Assembly (NCBI GenBank): GCA_031414595.1
Contig: JANNVX010000093.1
Span: 1-54,522 of the forward strand
From: Deinococcales bacterium
GTDB lineage: Bacteria > Deinococcota > Deinococci > Deinococcales > JAAFIG01
Length of the DNA stretch: 54,522 nt
Direction of reading: 5' to 3'
The notes below the pieces were generated by a model. It worked only from the letters and a program-made list of their open reading frames with translations, made no database searches and was not told the origin of the DNA. The position numbers and the translations under genes were made by a program. Shown here piece by piece: positions 1 through 10,300 of this stretch (the first letter of the stretch is position 1; every line of letters starts with the position of its first letter).

Positions 1-112
1 CAAGTTTGAAATGGGGTTGCAAGGCTTGTTGTACAGGTTTATGCTTCATATGGCTACCTTCCTCGTGGTGGAGTGATGTAGCCACTATTCTTACTTTTTA
101 TTGTGAGCGACG

Positions 113-328
113 TTAAGTACCTACTTTTGACCAGTAGTTAGGGTTTTGGGTATAAAACTTGCCTACCGTCACTTTGAACTCGCCCGATGCAACGTCCAGA
201 TTCACTTCGCCATTGCGGTCAGTGCGCCCGTCCTTACCCCAACTGTTAAACATTCCTTGGTACACCGCCACCGCCGCACCCTCGGCTGGGTTGCCTGTCC
301 GACTGTTGATAACTTTTATTGTGACCAC
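113..328 (-). CDS. Small beta-sandwich protein (carboxypeptidase-regulatory-like fold), possibly C-terminally truncated
   Basis: VTIKVINSRTGNPAEGAAVAV...GRTDRNGEV pattern; GGGGGAAG SD-like sequence before GTG. Confidence 0.5.
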   Translation of the reverse strand: MVTIKVINSRTGNPAEGAAVAVYQGMFNSWGKDGRTDRNGEVNLDVASGEFKVTVGKFYTQNPNYWSKVGT

Positions 329-421
329 ACTTCCCCCTTTTTTTTGGCGGGGGGTCTCAAGTCCCGACCGACTCGAGACCCCCTTAGCGGATTAGTAAAT
401 CAGGATTTTGTCGAAAAAGAC

Positions 422-486
422 ACTGGTGAAAACACCACTTTTGGCGAAATTAGCGGATTTAGGGACTGGTGAAAACACCACTTTTG
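422..486. promoter_or_regulatory. Two identical 22-bp direct repeats (ACTGGTGAAAACACCACTTTTG), putative operators
   Basis: Copies at 422-443 and 465-486, each with internal dyad TGGTG-AAAA-CACCA, between divergent genes. Confidence 0.55.
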
Positions 487-674
487 TGTCCTTGGCGATT
501 CTATTTCTACTCATTTCCATCTCGAGGCGTTTTTTAATTCCAAGTCCCAAAATCTCCCTTACCAAATCCCTAAGCTAGTAGCGGCAATGCCGAAACTCAC
601 TTGCAGGTTGGTATGTACCTAACCCCCAATCAGAAAAATATGTTTTTGCTACCCAGACTTCGCTTGCCCCCATT

Positions 675-1994
675 GTGTCTTGGCATCACGTTTTTTGCAA
701 GCCCGTTTGTGGCAGAATCTATTATCAAATGTTATCAAGATTCTTTTTGAATACTCGAGACTCGCAAATTATCTTTACGGAGAACGTTTATAAACTTAAT
801 CGTCATTGGCTCGAGTTTATGGCGCTGCTGGTGCTGCATCGTCTTGAGGGCAAAGGCTTTGCATCAGTTTCTGATATTCAAACCCTACCCGATTGGCACC
901 GCGCCGCCTTGACTTCGATTGGCACAAGTGTGTTTCGACAACTGAACAAATGGCGCAAGCATGGTTTAGATGTGGTGGTTTCTCCTCCTGAGCAGCAAAC
1001 CAAATCTTTTATGTTGTTTGGCTCACTCGAGGTACAGTGCGACCTTGAGACCGATGAACTGCGAAGATGGTTGGGTTTCCGTACCACTATTCTGCTCGAT
1101 ACCGATGCTTACGAAGGACAGCGTTTGATGTTGATAGCACAAAGTTATTTTGAACGGGGTATTTTTGATGAAGCTGATAAATTTGCACGTTTGGCTTTGA
1201 CCCATGAATTGCTACCCGATTTTGAATTGCGGGTTTGGTCGTTGCTGACCATGATTGAATCGTATATTGGCAATCAAGAAAGCTCTTACAATGCCATTAC
1301 GCAGTTGCAGCAACGCCTGCGCCAACTCGAGCCAGTGCGCCCAGAAACAAGAGCTTGGGTGTACTGCCAAGTGGCGCGGCATATGTACAAGTATGCCACC
1401 AAACGCGAAGCGCGATTGCTCTACGAACAAGCGGCTAGGCTGCTCGAGCCACATCATTACCGTGAATTGGGAGCAATAGAATTTGGGCTTGCCATGAGTA
1501 CATCGGGCAAGCAACTCGAGGTTCAGCGCAAGCATTTTGTCCAAGCCTATCAGTATTATTTGCTTGCCGATTGGCGTTGGGCAGCAACTTGCCAACTCGA
1601 GAACATCGGAACAACACTGGTGCAGTTGGCGCGTGAAAAAAAAGGTAAACAACGCATAGCCCTGCTTGAAGAAGCGGTTCTAATTTTGAAGCGTTGTGTT
1701 GATATTGCCGATGCTTTAGACTTAAATGCAGGGGTTCACTGTGAAATCAATCTTGCTCGGGCTTTACGTTTGCTTGGTCAGACACAAGAAGCCAAAGAGT
1801 ATCTTGAGAAAGCCGAGCGACTGGCAGACTATAAAAAATTGCCTTGGGATTTGGCAATGGTTTACCTCGAGCAATCACGTTTGCTCGAGGATGACCCTGT
1901 GGCTTTTGCCCAAAAATTTGCCCAAGGCGAAGCCTATGCCGAACAGTGTGGACGGCTTGAGTCGTATCTTAAAGTGGCTACAGTCAAAGACTAA
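675..1994 (+). CDS. TPR-repeat protein with probable N-terminal winged-helix region (putative regulator); start uncertain
   Basis: Repeated TPR-like helices (e.g. NLARALRLLGQTQEAKEYLEKA); long ORF. Confidence 0.6.
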   Translation: MSWHHVFCKPVCGRIYYQMLSRFFLNTRDSQIIFTENVYKLNRHWLEFMALLVLHRLEGKGFASVSDIQTLPDWHRAALTSIGTSVFRQLNKWRKHGLDVVVSPPEQQTKSFMLFGSLEVQCDLETDELRRWLGFRTTILLDTDAYEGQRLMLIAQSYFERGIFDEADKFARLALTHELLPDFELRVWSLLTMIESYIGNQESSYNAITQLQQRLRQLEPVRPETRAWVYCQVARHMYKYATKREARLLYEQAARLLEPHHYRELGAIEFGLAMSTSGKQLEVQRKHFVQAYQYYLLADWRWAATCQLENIGTTLVQLAREKKGKQRIALLEEAVLILKRCVDIADALDLNAGVHCEINLARALRLLGQTQEAKEYLEKAERLADYKKLPWDLAMVYLEQSRLLEDDPVAFAQKFAQGEAYAEQCGRLESYLKVATVKD

Positions 1995-3807
1995 CTACTT
2001 CATGGCAATGATTTCTTTTTGACCACGCTGCGCCCAACCAATCTGCCAGGCATAAGCGCTGGGATAGACACTGGCGGCATTCCAAGTGTAGTTGCGTAAC
2101 CCGCGACGGGCAATAAACAAATTGGTGCGCTCGTAAAGTGGTAGGGCGGGAAGTTCTTCATTCCAGATTTTTTGCATGGCAACCAAATGCTGTTTACGTT
2201 TTTCAGGGTTGAATTCGCGTCGGGAAGCATCCCAAAGTCGGTCATATTCAGCATTGCACCAGCCACCCACGTTTGTGCCAGCATAATTGTTTTCTGGAAT
2301 ACCCAAGTTGTCTCGAGGTGTAAGGGTGCTTGGGTCGTCGCAGACAAACGAACCCATGTCTTCGGTCAGTGGTTGCTGAAAATTAGCAAACTGAAAGATA
2401 CCTTTCCATTTGCCTTTGTTGGCTTCACCAATAAATTCGTTCTCGAACAAGATACTGACTGGTGAGTTGCGAATTCGGACATCTATGCCAACTTTGCGAA
2501 GGTTTTCTCGGTAGAACAACTGGTCACGTTCTCGGATAGAATTACCTGCCGTGGTGATGTACTCGAGAATAAATTTGACGGTTTTGCCTTGGTGTGTTCG
2601 CTCGAGAATGTTATCAGAACCAACTTTCCACCCCAATTCTGCCGGCAGTTGCTTGGCGCGTTCGGGATTATAGCCGTAAGTTTTGAAACCCATATCGCTG
2701 TAGATACTGGCAGCCGAATTGACCACATTGTTGGTGACTTTGGCTGTTCCTGCTCGCAACTGACTAGCCACAGTCTGGCGATCCATGGCGTACATCAGTG
2801 CATGGCGGGTACGTTTATCCTGAAGTTGTAAGGCGGCGACTTCGGGGACTTCTTCGGCAAAGACATTGATTTCCATATGTTCCCATAGGGCAGCATTGGG
2901 CAAGTAAATTCCAAAGTTCCCGCCTAAAGTGCGAAGGGTTTCCACCGTGCTGGGGCTGGCACTGAGTCCGCCACTCGAGGTCGCATCTATTTGGTTGGCG
3001 ATGGCTGCGACTTGTAGGACATCGGTACTGCGGAAATAGCGGTATATCACGCGGTCAACCCCTGTAGGATTGTTATTCCAGTGGTTGGGGTTGCGAACCA
3101 ATGTCCAACTTTGGTCGGCTCGCCATTGGCTTAAGCGAAACGGACCACTGGTGACGACTGGACCGCCTTTATTGGTAAAGAACTTGTGTCCAAGAAATTC
3201 ACGGCGCATAATCTCGCGTTGCTCATCGGTGCTTTTGCCATTTGCCAGCCCTTTGGCTCGTTGCCAAATCGGTTTGACCACATGGGCTGGTGGTAGATAA
3301 TTTGGCACGAAACCCAAGTTGGAAGTGGCAAACAATTTGGGTGGGGTCGTACTCGAGTTCAAAGCTGCGGTCGTCTATCACCTTAAAAGTCTTGGGCGAG
3401 TCTCGACGGACTGCAACCTCGAGTTGTGGGTCAGAATAAATCTCAAAAGTCATGCGAAAGTCTTCGCTGCTGATTGGTCTACCATCTGACCATTTGGCAT
3501 CTGGGCGGATGCGCCAGCGTATTTTTTGAGCCACCACATTGCCTTTGGCATCGCGCTGTAACAGCAAGTCACCATTTTCCTCGGATGGAACACGCTCAGC
3601 AAGGTTTGGGCGCAAGACTCCGTTAAAATCAAAATAGGTCAGCCCCGCGAACAAGAACCCAAGTACCTCACCTGTAATGGCTTGAGTATTGACAAATGGA
3701 TCCATCGCCGAAGGCTGCTGGCTTGTGCCAATCACAAGGGTGTTATCACTGGGTCCTGCAAGTGCTGAACTAAGAATGAAGGCGATAAAGACCATGATTT
3801 TTTTCAT
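1995..3807 (-). pseudogene. Peptide ABC transporter substrate-binding protein (family 5) split by a single frameshift near 3343-3346
   Basis: N-part has a signal peptide and PNLAERVP..IRPDAKWSDGRPISSED; C-part has TSGPF..WNEELPALPLY; frames join as ELEYD-PPKLF if one G is removed. Confidence 0.8.
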
Positions 3808-3973
3808 GACCCATATTACCAAACAAAGCGATGGAGATGTCTTCGCTCAAGGTCTCTGTCTAATTGTACTGATTATCTACTTAATTGTAGCAATCCCGTT
3901 TGTTTCTCGAGCAGACCTGAACAGCATTCTCGAGGGCAAGGCACAACGACTCGAGAATTTGCTACCAGTGAGT

Positions 3974-6196
3974 TCACTTGATGTTAAAAACCAATTTCTC
4001 GTCTACAAAACTAACCTTAAGTTGCCCACCATTTTTAAGTTTCCCAAAGAGAATTTCGTCTGCCAGTGGTTTTTTCAGGTGTTCCTCGAGAACCCGCGCC
4101 AGTGGTCTTGCGCCAAAAAGTTTGTCATAGCCTTTTTTGCCAAGCCATGCTTTAGCCGCTTCATCTACTTCTATTTCGATGTTCTTCTCGAGCAATTGAG
4201 TGCTGAGTTCACGGATGAATTTCTCGACAATACCGCTCATGACCTCAGATGAAAGTGGATTAAATGGCATAATCGCATCTAAACGGTTGCGAAATTCTGG
4301 GGTGAAAAGGCGTTTGATTGCGTCATCCGAGGCAGCGTTGTTGATTCCGCCCGTAAAACCTATCGCGTTGCTCGAGGCTTCGGCTGCTCCCGCATTGGTG
4401 GTCATGATTAAAATGACGCTACGAAAATCTATGCTTTTACCGTTGTGGTCAGTGAGTTTTCCGTAATCCATGACCTGCAAGAGCAAACTAAATAAGTCTG
4501 GGTGGGCTTTTTCAATTTCGTCGAGCAGCACAACACTGTGCGGGTTTTGATAGACCGCATCGGTCAGTAAGCCACCTTGGTCAAATCCCACATAACCCGG
4601 AGGTGCGCCAATAAGCCTACTGATGCTGTGTTTTTCTTGGTATTCGGACATGTCAAAACGCAGGAAATGAATTCCAAGTTGTTTGGCGAGTTGCTTTGCC
4701 AATTCGGTTTTGCCAACCCCAGTCGGACCAGCAAAGAGGTATGAACCAATTGGTTTTATGGGGTCGCGCAATCCAGCCCGTGCCAGTTTAATACCTACCA
4801 CAACGTTTGCCACAGCTTTTTGTTGCCCGTAGACTTCTTTACTTAGGGTTTGCTCGAGATTTTGCAGTACATTGGCATCATCTTTAGAAACGGTTTTTTC
4901 TGGGATTCGCGCCAGTTTTGCCACCACAGTTTCGATATGCGTTTCCAAAATCACTCTGGCTCGGTCTTTCTTGGGCTTGAGGCTCTGGGCTGCACCCGCT
5001 TCGTCTATCACATCTATGGCGCTGTCTGGGAGTTTGCGGTCGGCTAAGTGTCGTGCCGCCAAATCCACGGCTCTGACAAGCGCTTCTGGGGCATATTTTA
5101 ATCCGTGATGGGTTTCAAATCTTGAACGTAAGCCCTCGAGTATCGCAATGCTGTCTTCGCGGCTAGGTTCGGGAATATCTATTTTTTGGAAGCGGCGCGA
5201 TAAGGCACGGTCTTTTTCAAAACCTTTGTACTCACCGTAAGTGGTTGCACCAATACACTTTAACTTGCTGGTCAGGGCGGGTTTGAGAATATTACTGGCA
5301 TCCATACTCGAGCCACTGACCGCCCCTGCACCAACCACAGTATGCACTTCGTCTATAAATAAAATCGCGTTTTGATGGGCTTGTAGCGCGTTCATGACGG
5401 CTTTTAGGCGTTCTTCAAAGTCACCCCTAAATCGCGTTCCAGCCAGCAGTGCGCCCATATCAAGCGCAAACAATTCTGCACCAAGCAGTTTTTCTGGGAC
5501 TTCTTTACTGATGATTCTCTGCGCCAAACCCTCGAGAATCGCGGTTTTGCCCACACCAGGGTCGCCAACCAGTAAGGGATTGTTTTTTAAGCGCCTTGAT
5601 AATACTTGTACCACCCGCTCGAGTTCGGTTGCTCGACCAATTAACGGGTCTAGCTCTCCCCTTTCGGCTTTGGCGGTCAGGTTATCGCAGTAGGCATCCA
5701 GAGGATTGTTAGCAACTCCGCCGCCTTCGTCCATGTCTGGGAAACCTTGGCTCGAGTTGTCTGAATCGGCGGGTACACCTTTGGGCATCACGCCCCTAGA
5801 AATCGCACTTGTTACATCCAGTCGGGTTAAACCAAAATTCTCGAGTAAACCAAGCGCTCTGGATTGGCGCTCATCAAAGACACTGACCAAGACATTTGCG
5901 CCGTTGGCAGCATCGCGTCCGGCGGCTCGCATGGACAGCATGGCGCGTTGCAGGGTGCGATGAAAGGCAGCCGTCGGGGTTGGTGCATCGGACTCGAGCA
6001 GTTCTGCTTCATCTAATAAATTATCCAGTTCGCCGCGAAAACTGGTAAAATCTAAGCCACAACGGGTTAAAATCAGTTTGGCATCATCATCATCGAGTAA
6101 CGCCCAAAGCAAATGTTCGAGCGTCACATATTCGTGCTGGCGTTCTGAAGCAAAACTCATGGCTCGAGTGATTGTGTCTTGAAGGGTTGAAGTCAT
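3974..6196 (-). CDS. clpA: ATP-dependent Clp protease ATP-binding subunit ClpA
   Basis: Clp N-domain, two AAA modules (GDPGVGKT, GPTGVGKT), no ClpB coiled coil, AIGF loop. Confidence 0.95.
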   Translation of the reverse strand: MTSTLQDTITRAMSFASERQHEYVTLEHLLWALLDDDDAKLILTRCGLDFTSFRGELDNLLDEAELLESDAPTPTAAFHRTLQRAMLSMRAAGRDAANGANVLVSVFDERQSRALGLLENFGLTRLDVTSAISRGVMPKGVPADSDNSSQGFPDMDEGGGVANNPLDAYCDNLTAKAERGELDPLIGRATELERVVQVLSRRLKNNPLLVGDPGVGKTAILEGLAQRIISKEVPEKLLGAELFALDMGALLAGTRFRGDFEERLKAVMNALQAHQNAILFIDEVHTVVGAGAVSGSSMDASNILKPALTSKLKCIGATTYGEYKGFEKDRALSRRFQKIDIPEPSREDSIAILEGLRSRFETHHGLKYAPEALVRAVDLAARHLADRKLPDSAIDVIDEAGAAQSLKPKKDRARVILETHIETVVAKLARIPEKTVSKDDANVLQNLEQTLSKEVYGQQKAVANVVVGIKLARAGLRDPIKPIGSYLFAGPTGVGKTELAKQLAKQLGIHFLRFDMSEYQEKHSISRLIGAPPGYVGFDQGGLLTDAVYQNPHSVVLLDEIEKAHPDLFSLLLQVMDYGKLTDHNGKSIDFRSVILIMTTNAGAAEASSNAIGFTGGINNAASDDAIKRLFTPEFRNRLDAIMPFNPLSSEVMSGIVEKFIRELSTQLLEKNIEIEVDEAAKAWLGKKGYDKLFGARPLARVLEEHLKKPLADEILFGKLKNGGQLKVSFVDEKLVFNIK

Positions 6197-6302
6197 GGTT
6201 GCATTGTAACGAGTTTAGTTAGAATCTTTGTTCTTTAGTACACATCGCACTGTTCAAAAATTGATACACTGCTGCGCTGCTTGAACAAAAGGAGGGATTG
6301 GC

Positions 6303-7907
6303 ATGTTAGAAAAGGTGGCTCTTTCAATTTACGATTGTACGTTGCGTGACGGAACACAAGGCGAAGGCTTCAATCTTTCCTTAGAGGATAAACTCGAAAT
6401 TGCCAAAGCCCTTGACCGCTTTGGCGTGCAGTACATCGAAGGCGGCTGGCCCGGTTCTAACCCCAAAGATGCCCGTTTTTTTGAAGCCATGAAAGACATC
6501 AGACTCGAGAATGCAAAACTCGCCGCCTTTAGTTTTACCCGTCAGAGCAACATCTTAAACTGCGAAGACGACCCGAATTTGCGTTCCTTGACCGAAAGCC
6601 AAACGCCAGTCATTACTCTGGTCGCAAAAACGTGGGATAAACATGCTACCGACGCATTGGGTATTACTTTAGAGCAGAACCTAGCGATGATTAAAGACAC
6701 GGTGCGTTACTATAAAAACCTTGGGCGCGAAGTGGTTTTTGATGCTGAACTGGCTTTCTTGGGCTTTCGGCACAATCCAAACTATGCCCTTGAGGTGCTG
6801 CGAACGGCGGCTGGCGAAGGTGCAGACTGCTTGTGCTTGTGCGACACCTTGGGCGATGTAATGCCCGAAGAAGTGGCGCGTTTTGTGACCCAGACCCTCG
6901 AGTTAGGTGTGCCAGTCGGGATTCACACCCATAATGACCTCGAGATGGCAGTCGCCAATGCGCTGGTGGCGGTGCGTCATGGTGCGACCCAAGTTCAAGG
7001 CACGATTAACGGTGTCGGTGAGCGGGTTGGCAATATGAATTTAATTACTTTTATTGGTTTGATGCAGGCTAAACTTGGGGTGGCTTGTATTCCAGATTTA
7101 AGTAAACTGACCGAAATCAGTCGTTTTGTGGATGCCAGAGCCAACCGCACACCGCAAAATAATCAGGCATTGGTTGGCGCAAGTGCTTTTGCCCATAAAG
7201 GCGGGATGCACGCCAGCGCCGTTGCCAAAGACCCGAGCTTATATGAACACATGAACCCAGAAAGTCTTGGTAATCACCGCCGAATTTTAATGTCTGATTT
7301 GTCTGGGCGCAGTAATTTGGTGGCAACCGCCAAGCAGTACGGGATTGAACTGAGTGGCAAAGACCCGGCGGTGGCACAAGCGGTGAGTAAACTCAAAGAA
7401 CTCGAGGATGAAGGTTTTACCTTTGAAGGGGCAGATGCCAGTGTGCTAATGCTGCTGCGCCAAGCTCGCGGGCAACCAGAGTTCTTTAAGGTCAGTGTTT
7501 TTAGGGCGCAAATAGATTCTTTTGCCGAATTTGACACCGAAGCCGAAGCCAGTGTTCAGGTTTTTGTTGGTGAAACCCGTGAACATGCGGCTGCCCTTGG
7601 CGATGGTCCTGTCAACGCGCTTGACAAGGCACTGCGAGCGACACTCGAGCGGCATTACCCAACTTTACGTGAAGTTGAATTGCTCGATTATAAAATTCGG
7701 GTTCTCGAGGGTTCACAAGGTACGGCTGCAAGGGTACGGGTGCTGATTACTTTTGGTGATGGTCAGAACCAATGGACAACCGTTGGGGCTGGTGTCAACA
7801 GTATCAAAGCCAGTTTTATTGCCTTGTGTGACGGACTGAGCTTTAAGTTAGTGCAAGATAAAATTGTGCCATTAGGACTCGAGCCGATGGCAGTTGCAAC
7901 TTTATAA
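6303..7907 (+). CDS. cimA: Citramalate synthase
   Basis: DCTLRDGTQGEG, GGWPGSNPKD, HTHND, AFAHKGGMH, C-terminal regulatory domain. Confidence 0.9.
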   Translation: MLEKVALSIYDCTLRDGTQGEGFNLSLEDKLEIAKALDRFGVQYIEGGWPGSNPKDARFFEAMKDIRLENAKLAAFSFTRQSNILNCEDDPNLRSLTESQTPVITLVAKTWDKHATDALGITLEQNLAMIKDTVRYYKNLGREVVFDAELAFLGFRHNPNYALEVLRTAAGEGADCLCLCDTLGDVMPEEVARFVTQTLELGVPVGIHTHNDLEMAVANALVAVRHGATQVQGTINGVGERVGNMNLITFIGLMQAKLGVACIPDLSKLTEISRFVDARANRTPQNNQALVGASAFAHKGGMHASAVAKDPSLYEHMNPESLGNHRRILMSDLSGRSNLVATAKQYGIELSGKDPAVAQAVSKLKELEDEGFTFEGADASVLMLLRQARGQPEFFKVSVFRAQIDSFAEFDTEAEASVQVFVGETREHAAALGDGPVNALDKALRATLERHYPTLREVELLDYKIRVLEGSQGTAARVRVLITFGDGQNQWTTVGAGVNSIKASFIALCDGLSFKLVQDKIVPLGLEPMAVATL

Positions 7908-8282
7908 GTGAAAATCGCGTATTGTAAAGCGATGCCACGAATTATTCTGATTGAATTTCTGATGTTTATTGGAGCGCTTGGGTTGACCTATTTGTTACGC
8001 CGAGCGCTTGGTAAACGTATTTCTGGTCCTCCCGTTATCTTGTGGTGCTTATTGTTTGCATTTCTGGGCGCTCAACTGATGGGCTTTTTCTTGCGTCAAG
8101 TGGCACTGGATACTGATTTTATTGATTTATCAGGCGCGAATGTCTTTAGTTTAATGGGCATTGTGATTGTGCGATTCTGGGAAAATATCCTAATTGGTGG
8201 AGTTCTAGGTATGTTGGCGGCAAATTTCCCACTGCGTAAAAATAAGAAACCCAAACTCGAGGACACCCCGCCCAAGCTGTAA
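7908..8282 (+). CDS. Hypothetical membrane protein (start may be ATG 7932)
   Basis: Three hydrophobic segments; directly follows cimA. Confidence 0.6.
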   Translation: MKIAYCKAMPRIILIEFLMFIGALGLTYLLRRALGKRISGPPVILWCLLFAFLGAQLMGFFLRQVALDTDFIDLSGANVFSLMGIVIVRFWENILIGGVLGMLAANFPLRKNKKPKLEDTPPKL

Positions 8283-8299
8283 ACGCCATACTGCTGCGT

Positions 8300-8704
8300 G
8301 TGAACTTAACGGATTTTCTACCAAGCCAAGAAACCCTGTACTCGAGAATTGGGGCTGGGCGTTTACGTGAAATCATTCAAGTATTTTATGGGCTGGTCAA
8401 AGCCGAACCAAGCATAACCGAATTATTCCCAGATAATCTATCGGAAACGATGAACAAACAAGAGGCGTTCCTGACTGGTTTTTTAGGCGGTCCGCAACTG
8501 TATCACCAGACTTACGGAAATCCGATGTTGCGCTATCGCCATGCCAAATTTGCCATCACGCCATCTCGAGCCAGAGCTTGGTTTGCCTGTTTTACCGATG
8601 CCGTCAAAAGTGTTGCCCTCGAGCCAAGTTTAGAACAAGAACTGCTCGAGGCGGTGGCACGAACGGCTGGAGCAATGGTCAACACACCAGAAGAACAATT
8701 ATAA
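8300..8704 (+). CDS. Truncated (group II, 2/2) hemoglobin
   Basis: LYSRIG..FY..KQEAFLTGFLGGPQLY..GNPMLRYRHAKF..W. Confidence 0.9.
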   Translation: MNLTDFLPSQETLYSRIGAGRLREIIQVFYGLVKAEPSITELFPDNLSETMNKQEAFLTGFLGGPQLYHQTYGNPMLRYRHAKFAITPSRARAWFACFTDAVKSVALEPSLEQELLEAVARTAGAMVNTPEEQL

Positions 8705-9772
8705 ATCTATATTCATCTCGAGCAAGGCTGGGCGTTCTGGGTTACTTTCGATAGATATTGCTGTGCCAGATTCAGAGGCGTTTAGAATGCTGTGCATCAC
8801 CTCGAGAACATGAAACGCCAATTCGCCACTGGCTCGGTGAGGGCGGTTCTCGAGAATTGCTTGTGCCATGTCTGCCAGTCCGACTCCTCTTGAGTTTTCG
8901 GCATACGGGCGGTCTATGCTTAAGTCATGCCAATTCCCATTTCCCCATTCGCCCAAGCCATCGGAGTGCCGTAGATGCCCGCTAAAATTATTTGGGTCAT
9001 TGACCACCAACGCACCACTCGAGCCATAAATTTCGATGTTCTTATTTGTACCTTTGACAGCATCAAAACTAATGGTCAGGGTCACTAAAACACCACCTTG
9101 ATGCTCGAGTAAGGCTGTCACATGGGTTGGTACATGAACTGCAAAAGTATTGCCCGCTTTGTCGGCTCGAGTTGAACGGGTTTGGGCAGCAAAGGCTGAT
9201 ACACGCTTGACCGCGCCAAATAAATGCACCATTGCCGTGATGTAATACGGACCCATATCAAACAGCGGACCCGCACCTACTTGGTAAAAAAAGCTGGGAT
9301 TCGGATGCCACATGTCTGGTCCTGTGGCAACCATATGCAGACTCGCTCCGACGGGTTGCCCAATTCCACCTGCATCTATAAAAGCCCGTGCCGTTTGTAA
9401 ACCCGCTCCTAAAAAAGTATCTGGGGCGCAACCAATTCTTAAGTTCTTGGCTTTGGCGATTGTGAGCATTTGCGCTGCTTCTTCTAAAAAAGTCGCAAGC
9501 GGCTTTTCATTGTAAATGTGCTTACCAGCTTCCAAGGCTTTGAGGGCAATTTCGCCATGTGCGGCTGGAATGGTCAGGTTCAAAATGGCATCCGCATTCG
9601 AACTAAAAACATCCTCGAGCGGCAAGGCTTTGACACCATACTTGGCAGCTTGGGCTTCTGCTCGTGAGAAATCCAAATCTGAAACATAAGCGATTTCAAA
9701 GGACTTAAAAAGTGCAGCATTCTCGAGGTAGATACTTGAGATATTGCCACAACCAACAATTGCGATTTTCAT
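8699..9772 (-). CDS. Gfo/Idh/MocA family oxidoreductase
   Basis: KIAIVGCGNIS, AGKHIYNEKPLA, GPLFDMGPY. Confidence 0.9.
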   Translation of the reverse strand: MKIAIVGCGNISSIYLENAALFKSFEIAYVSDLDFSRAEAQAAKYGVKALPLEDVFSSNADAILNLTIPAAHGEIALKALEAGKHIYNEKPLATFLEEAAQMLTIAKAKNLRIGCAPDTFLGAGLQTARAFIDAGGIGQPVGASLHMVATGPDMWHPNPSFFYQVGAGPLFDMGPYYITAMVHLFGAVKRVSAFAAQTRSTRADKAGNTFAVHVPTHVTALLEHQGGVLVTLTISFDAVKGTNKNIEIYGSSGALVVNDPNNFSGHLRHSDGLGEWGNGNWHDLSIDRPYAENSRGVGLADMAQAILENRPHRASGELAFHVLEVMHSILNASESGTAISIESNPERPALLEMNIDL

Positions 9773-9882
9773 AAGGCACAGCATAACAAAGTCTTAGAAC
9801 ACAATGCCAATGTTATTGCCTAAAGGCTGTGCCAAGCACAAATGCGTGTATAGTTTATTCCAGAATCAACACGGAGGTCTTG

Positions 9883-10233
9883 ATGTATAAATCGTCTATC
9901 GCAGCCTTACTTCTTTTGGTCACACTTGTTTCCTGCCCGGGATTTAGTGGCACAGTCACCAATGTAAGTGTCAGTGCCACTCCAAGTAGCATCAGTATCA
10001 ATTCCACCAGCATTCTTAGCACCGTGGTCACTGGCACAGGTGGGTTTAGCCAATCGGTGACTTGGAGCATTGTCAGTGGGGCTGGCTCTTTAGGACCCAG
10101 CACTGGCGTAGGCATGACTTTTAACGCCTCCAACAGCGCTGGCAGCACCATCGTCAAAGCCACCAGCACCCAAGACTCGAGTAAGTCTGGCACAGTCACT
10201 GTGACCATCACGACAGCCAACACAGGCAAGTGA
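9883..10233 (+). CDS. Lipoprotein with Ig-like domain
   Basis: Lipobox LVSC; Ser/Thr-rich Ig pattern VTWSI..VKATSTQDSSKSGTVTVTI; GGAGG SD. Confidence 0.7.
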   Translation: MYKSSIAALLLLVTLVSCPGFSGTVTNVSVSATPSSISINSTSILSTVVTGTGGFSQSVTWSIVSGAGSLGPSTGVGMTFNASNSAGSTIVKATSTQDSSKSGTVTVTITTANTGK

Positions 10234-10300
10234 TTGGCTAATTGGTTATGCTCGAGAATTTTTAGGACACAAGATTCCATTAACATGTACAATCAAAAAC

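Noticed and set aside
422-486. Mini CRISPR array
   Set aside because: Only two 22-bp repeats with a 21-nt spacer and no cas genes; operator or local duplication fits better
3689-4252. 187-aa plus-strand ORF
   Set aside because: Overlaps clpA and the ABC protein antisense; no SD or homology cues
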